NCBI GenBank assembly: GCA_018823125.1
Contig: JAHJIW010000009.1
Coordinates: 4,170-68,169, forward strand
Length of the DNA: 64,000 nt
Origin: Candidatus Margulisiibacteriota bacterium
GTDB lineage: Bacteria; Margulisbacteria; WOR-1; JAHJIW01
Reading direction: 5' to 3'
Part shown: piece by piece, positions 59,035 through 64,000 of the stretch
Numbering within the stretch: position 1 is the stretch's first letter
How the letters are laid out: every line of letters begins with the position of its first letter
Notes under the pieces: model-generated
What the model saw: the letters and a program-made list of their open reading frames with translations, nothing else
The model's database searches: none
Told to the model about the DNA's origin: nothing
Program-made: the position numbers and the translations under genes

Positions 59035-60126
59035 ATGAATTTTAGGAAAATGTTTTTAGCTTTATTGATCGTATGTGTTGTTACGACCGGAACGGCTTAT
59101 GCTTGCACGGTATTCAAGGTTACGGCTAAAGACGGGACCATGGTCAGTCCGCGAACCATGGAGTTTGGCTATGACTTAAAATCATCGGTAGACGTAGTGC
59201 CCCGTGGTATGGATTTTGCCAGTCCCGCACCAGATAATAAAGCCGGCCTTAAATGGGAAAATAAATACGGCTATGTTGGCATTAACGCTTTTGGCGAGTT
59301 TGGTATGGCTTTAGATGGTTTAAACGAGTCCGGGCTGGCTTACAGCGCGCTCTGGTACGAAACGGATACAAAATGGCAGACGGTTGGTCCAGGAGAAAAC
59401 GATGTTGCGTTGGCGCATATTTTGCTGGGTCCCTGGATTTTGGGAAATTTTGCTAATGTTCAAGAAGTTAGAGAAGGGTTAAAAAAGATTAAAGTTTTTG
59501 GAGAGATGATTCCGGAAATGGGGATGGCGCCTCCTCTGCATTCGGCAGTTTACGATGCTAAAGGCGGCTGCATTGTGATTGAGTATGATGACGGGGAGCT
59601 CAATGTTTATGATAATCCAATTGGAGTGATGACTAATGCGCCGCGCTTTCCCTGGCACGTGACCAACCTGCGGAATTATGTCGGCATGTCGTCGGGGCAG
59701 GCTACTCCGGTGGATTATAGTGGCATCAATCTTAAGCAAATGGGGCACGGCAGCGGTATGTTTGGCTTGCCGGGCGATATCACGCCGCCCAACCGTTTCG
59801 TAAAGATGGCAGTGCTGACTCATTTTGCTGACCAGGTAGAAGATGCCAAAGGCGCACTCAACCTGTCACGGCACATCATGAATAATGTAGATATTGTCAA
59901 AGGAACGGCGGTAGATAAAGATAAAAACGGAAAGATCACCGGCAGCGAAACTACCCAATGGACCAGTTTTCGTGACTTAACTAATCTAGTGTTCTATTTT
60001 AATACTTATGATAATTTGACGTTAAGAAAAATTAATCTTAAGCAGTTTGATTTTACATCTAAGAAAACGTTTGCTATGACGGGCGATGAAGAGCAAATTA
60101 TTGATATAACCGATCGGAGTAAATAA
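59035..60126 (+). CDS. Secreted linear amide C-N hydrolase (choloylglycine hydrolase family)
   Basis: Signal peptide then N-terminal nucleophile CT; DGLNE, MTNAP, LPGD..RF. Confidence 0.9.
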   Translation: MNFRKMFLALLIVCVVTTGTAYACTVFKVTAKDGTMVSPRTMEFGYDLKSSVDVVPRGMDFASPAPDNKAGLKWENKYGYVGINAFGEFGMALDGLNESGLAYSALWYETDTKWQTVGPGENDVALAHILLGPWILGNFANVQEVREGLKKIKVFGEMIPEMGMAPPLHSAVYDAKGGCIVIEYDDGELNVYDNPIGVMTNAPRFPWHVTNLRNYVGMSSGQATPVDYSGINLKQMGHGSGMFGLPGDITPPNRFVKMAVLTHFADQVEDAKGALNLSRHIMNNVDIVKGTAVDKDKNGKITGSETTQWTSFRDLTNLVFYFNTYDNLTLRKINLKQFDFTSKKTFAMTGDEEQIIDITDRSK

Positions 60127-60137
60127 AAAACTATTTC

Positions 60138-61397
60138 ATGAGAAGTTTTATCGTTTTATTTTTATGCGTGGTGCTGTCGCTTCCGGTTTTTGCTATGAAG
60201 GTCTACTTTGATGATCCACAGTATTCATTTCAGCTCCTGCGTGCTTTGGGAGATACTGCAGCCGGGGCCGCGGATATCGGCGAATGCCTTAAGACCGCAT
60301 ACCGCATCAAAGAAGGAGATGGGGAGAGCTGGTACCGTGAGTGGTATAAAACTGCGGAAGAGTTAGAGGCGGACGGGAATGAATTTCTTTCCCGGGGACA
60401 TAAACTGAGCGCGTCAGAAGCTTTCATGAGAGCTTCTAATTATTACCGTTCCGCAGAATTTTTTCTTCACGGAAATCCCGATGATCCCCGCATTCTACAA
60501 TCCTGGGAAAAAAGCCGGGATATGTTTGTTAAGGCAGTGGGATTGATCGATCAACCAATTGTTAAAGCGGTCAATATCCATTTTGAAAAGACAACTTTAC
60601 CCGCTTATTACTGTCTGGTTGATGATTCCGGAAAAAAACGTCCGTTGATCATTATCCATAGCGGCTATGACGGTACCAAAGAGGAACTTTATTATACCGT
60701 CGGTCTTCCGGCATTAAGGCGTGGCTATAATTGTCTGTTGTTTGAGGGGCCGGGGCAGGGTGAGGTCATCCGGGCGCAAAAGATTCCGTTCCGACCAGAC
60801 TGGGAGACGGTTGTTACCCCGGTGGTTGATTTTGCTTTGGATCAGCCGGAGGTTGATCCGGAACGCATCGCGTTAATGGGGATCAGTTTTGGCGGCTATC
60901 TTGCGCCCAGAGCAGCGGCGTTCGAGCCCCGCATCAAAACCTGTATTGCTAACGGCGGGGTGTACGATTTTCACTCTAATTTTGTTGCGAACAATCCGCC
61001 CGATTTTGAAAAGGAGCTGGATGATCCGAAAGCGGCTAAAGAGATCGATCAGGCCATTTATGCTGAAATGAAAAAGGACCCGGGCCTGCGCTGGGTTTTT
61101 AATAATGGAATGTTTACTTTCCGGTCTAAAACCCCAAGTGAACTGATCAGAATGACCAGGCCCTATACCATGCAGGGAATTGCGGATAAGATAAAATGTA
61201 ACATGCTGGTGGTCAACTCGGAAGGGGATAAGGATATGCCGGGGCAAGCTATTAAGTTGTATGATTCTTTGCAAAGTCCTAAAACCTATATGGAATTTAC
61301 CAAAGAAGAAGGTGCCGAAGAGCACTGTCAGATGGGCGCGGCTTTTATTTCCAATGAGCGGATCTATAACTGGCTGGATGAGAATCTTCAAAAATAA
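60138..61397 (+). CDS. Secreted alpha/beta hydrolase
   Basis: GISFGG nucleophile elbow, EEHCQ. Confidence 0.88.
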   Translation: MRSFIVLFLCVVLSLPVFAMKVYFDDPQYSFQLLRALGDTAAGAADIGECLKTAYRIKEGDGESWYREWYKTAEELEADGNEFLSRGHKLSASEAFMRASNYYRSAEFFLHGNPDDPRILQSWEKSRDMFVKAVGLIDQPIVKAVNIHFEKTTLPAYYCLVDDSGKKRPLIIIHSGYDGTKEELYYTVGLPALRRGYNCLLFEGPGQGEVIRAQKIPFRPDWETVVTPVVDFALDQPEVDPERIALMGISFGGYLAPRAAAFEPRIKTCIANGGVYDFHSNFVANNPPDFEKELDDPKAAKEIDQAIYAEMKKDPGLRWVFNNGMFTFRSKTPSELIRMTRPYTMQGIADKIKCNMLVVNSEGDKDMPGQAIKLYDSLQSPKTYMEFTKEEGAEEHCQMGAAFISNERIYNWLDENLQK

Positions 61398-61410
61398 CTT
61401 ACCCAAAAAC

Positions 61411-61439
61411 TGAAACTTTTCCCCGATTTATCGATAATA
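61411..61439 (+). promoter_or_regulatory. sigma28-like promoter
   Basis: TGAAACTT-N13-CGATAATA. Confidence 0.6.
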
Positions 61440-61477
61440 ATGGTAGGAAGATTTAATTTAATCTGCAGGAGGAAAAA

Positions 61478-62140
61478 ATGTCACCTTCAAAAGTAGGCCC
61501 AAAGTTAACGCCTAAAAATCCAATGCGTAGCGGTAAAACAGGAAGACAAGATCCTCACTCTTTGCGTGGAATAGAGGTTCGAGATTCGAGAGGAAACGTG
61601 TTGAGCGCCTCTGGTGCGGTAGGTGGATTGCCAGCCGAGTTAGCCGCTAGGATTAATTTTCTTAAAACTGGATTGGATGCAGGTACCTCCCATATCAGAA
61701 TTCCTGAAATGGTTGCAATCCCTGGGATGCCAGGAAAATTTATTACAATCAGGGAAATAACTATTGGTTTTTGGCGGCAGGTAATGGGAGAATATTTGCC
61801 GACGGGAAATAACGCTAAGCAATTTAAAAGAATTCTTGCTAATAAGGGTGCCGCAGATCTTTCTTTAACTGAAATAACTTTAGAAGATAATAAACGGCTG
61901 GCGGATGTGCTAAATGCTTTAGTAATTCCTGGCCGGGGTGTTTTTCGTGTTCCGACAGAGGCGGAGTGGGAAGCTGCTCAAGATAGCTTAATAGGAGATA
62001 ATTGGACAATTACAGAAAGGCCAAATGCAGTACTTTATGTTCTTCGCCACTTGCGCAACAGTAAACGCGACTTAAACTTACCAGACTTCAGTTGTTTCTC
62101 CAGTGCTGTGGCTCGTCTGGTCGAGGACAAAACAGGTTAG
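61478..62140 (+). CDS. Protein with basic N-terminus and reduced FGE-sulfatase/CLec-fold domain
   Basis: PEMVAIPG..EIT..FRVPTEAEWE..RLVED. Confidence 0.75.
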   Translation: MSPSKVGPKLTPKNPMRSGKTGRQDPHSLRGIEVRDSRGNVLSASGAVGGLPAELAARINFLKTGLDAGTSHIRIPEMVAIPGMPGKFITIREITIGFWRQVMGEYLPTGNNAKQFKRILANKGAADLSLTEITLEDNKRLADVLNALVIPGRGVFRVPTEAEWEAAQDSLIGDNWTITERPNAVLYVLRHLRNSKRDLNLPDFSCFSSAVARLVEDKTG

Positions 62141-62198
62141 GCATTTATCTTACGGTTTTCTATTGATTTCTTGAAAAGCCGCGTAGTATTATATCAGC

Positions 62199-62687
62199 GT
62201 GAATTGGAACATTTTAAAATTACGGTTAGCAGTCTTGTTAATGCTGATTTTTACCCTGTTCTTACTGGTGGGATGTAAAAGCAGCTATCTTGTTCGCAAT
62301 GCTTCTGTAAGCAACATTATCTCTTCATTTAAGGATTACGCGGGGGTACACGGTTATCAGATTACATATCAAAACGATGCAACCGGATCCTATCGGTTGA
62401 ATATGGGAAATGTTTATGTTCCCGAGGTCAGTCGAACCGTAAAAACAACGACAGTTATCGCTACGCCGGCGAAGGATTCCTATCAGCCCATGACCGCTTA
62501 TGAAGAAACGACCTGGCTGACGGTAAGCAATCCCGGCCATTACGTGGTTGCAACCGCCATGGTTAGTATAACTCAGCAGGGTGACAATGTGTTGATCGTT
62601 TTGGATGGGAACGACGTTGCTGGGGTGCAGCTTAACGACGTATATGATTATTTTGAGGGGTTAGGTTATGTTATCGAAAAAAAATAG
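62199..62687 (+). CDS. Putative lipoprotein
   Basis: LLVGC lipobox. Confidence 0.75.
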   Translation: MNWNILKLRLAVLLMLIFTLFLLVGCKSSYLVRNASVSNIISSFKDYAGVHGYQITYQNDATGSYRLNMGNVYVPEVSRTVKTTTVIATPAKDSYQPMTAYEETTWLTVSNPGHYVVATAMVSITQQGDNVLIVLDGNDVAGVQLNDVYDYFEGLGYVIEKK

Positions 62688-63210
62688 TGTTATGAAAGAT
62701 ATGAGAGTGCGAATCGTTGGGGCAGGGATCGTGTGCCTGGTTCTTTTAAGCGGGATGGCCGGGGCGGAAACAGAGATCAGGACTTACCGGCAATTTAAAG
62801 ATGTTGCCGTAAAAGAGAATGGATCGGTGATGAAATCGGATCGCAAGGAAAATCTATTCGAGTGCACTTATACAATAGATATGGCGAAAAAAACCATTAC
62901 CAGGACAAAAATACGGCGGCTCGACGATCCTTCCGGTATTGAGGACCCGGTCGTCTACGAGATTAAACAGAAAACGAAATTGTGGGGAAGCGAAGCCGGA
63001 AACGGAGGAGAAGTGTTGATTGCTATCCGGGAAGACGGCGGAGAAATATTGGAAATGGGGCGTCGCTTTGCCTTTACCCAGAGAGTCAGCCCGTTCTCTA
63101 TGGTTATCACCGGCGTTTACCGCAGGGTCTTTAGTAAGGGAGAGGGCTGTCGTTCTTCTAAAGACGATAAGGATGCGGGCCACCGTCCGCAACGGACCGG
63201 AAGAAATTGA
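62668..63210 (+). CDS. Secreted hypothetical protein (start uncertain)
   Basis: Signal-peptide-like MRVRIVGAGIVCLVLLSGMAGA. Confidence 0.65.
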   Translation: MLSKKNSVMKDMRVRIVGAGIVCLVLLSGMAGAETEIRTYRQFKDVAVKENGSVMKSDRKENLFECTYTIDMAKKTITRTKIRRLDDPSGIEDPVVYEIKQKTKLWGSEAGNGGEVLIAIREDGGEILEMGRRFAFTQRVSPFSMVITGVYRRVFSKGEGCRSSKDDKDAGHRPQRTGRN

Positions 63211-63438
63211 AGTGCTGGGGTCTGATCCGCAGGCTGGCCATGCTGAAAACTCCGGACCAGTCTTTGCAGGTAATAATTTTGAGATATAAAGGGATTCCAT
63301 TTGAAACCATATATAATAAGGACACCTTGATTTTTATTCCTGCCGCGGAAGAAAAAACCGAAAAACATTTTAAGCTGCCGCCGGGCGCGGGACGGCTTGA
63401 TAAGGAAGATGTAAAGGATGATAATTTCCCTTATTAAC

Positions 63439-64000
63439 ATGGAATTTTGGATACAAGTCATAAAAGTGGCGACTGCCCTGTTCATCATAACCGATTCGCT
63501 TGGCAACCTGCCTTTCTATATCGGAATGACCGAAGACCGGTCAGATGAGGAACGCAGCAGGATTACCATGACCGCAATTATTACTGGCCTCCTCATGATG
63601 GCCTTCTTTGTTTTTGCCGGCAGCCTGGTTCTTGACCTCTTTGACCTGACGATTGATGATCTGCGCATTGCCGGCGGAGTGCTGCTTTTAGTTATTTCCG
63701 TTGAGGTGCTGATGCGAGGAAGGGTGGTGGCTGGGCACCGCGAGGATATCGGGGCCGTGCCACTAGGCACCCCGCTACTGGTTGGCCCGGGCGCCATTAC
63801 TACCGTGCTGGTCATGACCAAGCTTTATCAGTTGCCCGCAGTGGTACTCGGAGTTTTGATCTGTTTTGCCCTGATCTGGTTGGTTTTCCACTTTGCGGGG
63901 ATCATCTTTAAAGTTCTCGGCAGGAATGGCTCCCGAATTGTGACTAAGATCGCTGCCATCCTGATTGCCGCCATTGCGGTGCGCTTCATCCGCGTTGGCA
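63439..64000 (+). CDS. MarC family membrane protein (3' end outside window)
   Basis: Own translation: LFIITDSLGNLPF..RIAGGVLLL..AVPLGTPLLVGPGAITT. Confidence 0.92.
   Translation, partial: MEFWIQVIKVATALFIITDSLGNLPFYIGMTEDRSDEERSRITMTAIITGLLMMAFFVFAGSLVLDLFDLTIDDLRIAGGVLLLVISVEVLMRGRVVAGHREDIGAVPLGTPLLVGPGAITTVLVMTKLYQLPAVVLGVLICFALIWLVFHFAGIIFKVLGRNGSRIVTKIAAILIAAIAVRFIRVG

Noticed and set aside
292-61406. Numerous short antisense ORFs in the track overlapping well-supported genes
   Set aside because: Shadow frames of conserved genes, with no independent RBS or motifs
63207-63437. 76-aa ORF before marC
   Set aside because: TTG start with no clear RBS and no recognisable motif; may be real but unsupported
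63516-63821. Minus-strand 101-aa ORF
   Set aside because: Antisense shadow of marC

Overview
A 64-kb bacterial chromosomal window of moderately low GC. Gene content suggests an anaerobic diderm from the Margulisbacteria/Saganbacteria (WOR-1) neighbourhood; this is an inference from SLH-anchored beta-barrels and a cyanobacteria-like hypothetical protein. Most genes are housekeeping (radA, aroE, speD/speB, gltX, rsmH/ftsL, trpC/trpF, rnfCDG, ruvCA, fumarase/mdh, rsmA/pdxA, lipA). There is also an iron/redox-stress island (Rrf2, fur-feoAB, TlpA/CcdA, ferritin-like proteins, desulfoferrodoxin, rubrerythrin), a TPP-riboswitch thiFSGH operon and an iscU-iscS-dsrE-tusA-copA cluster. No tRNA, rRNA, CRISPR array, transposase or integrase was seen. 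Two non-obvious systems stand out. (1) Two ORF6N-domain genes are each built as a cassette: a sigma54-type promoter, then an identical perfect 25-27 bp palindrome over the predicted TSS/RBS, then a second co-varying copy of that palindrome 232-233 bp downstream inside the coding sequence, where it encodes the most variable peptide of the protein. (2) A dispersed sigma28 (FliA/WhiG)-like promoter, SAARTTT-N14-CGATA, occurs 7-8 times, always in front of orphan or surface genes inserted between housekeeping genes. Several of these genes have basic N-termini without a Sec signal, one is split by a G10 tract, one is a CLec/FGE-fold possible DGR target, and one is an unannotated 20-aa membrane peptide. 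Also present: T9SS-like components (CTD-bearing protein, PorV-like barrels, one fused to SppA), a stand-alone NrdD glycyl-radical domain, and frequent leaderless promoter architecture.
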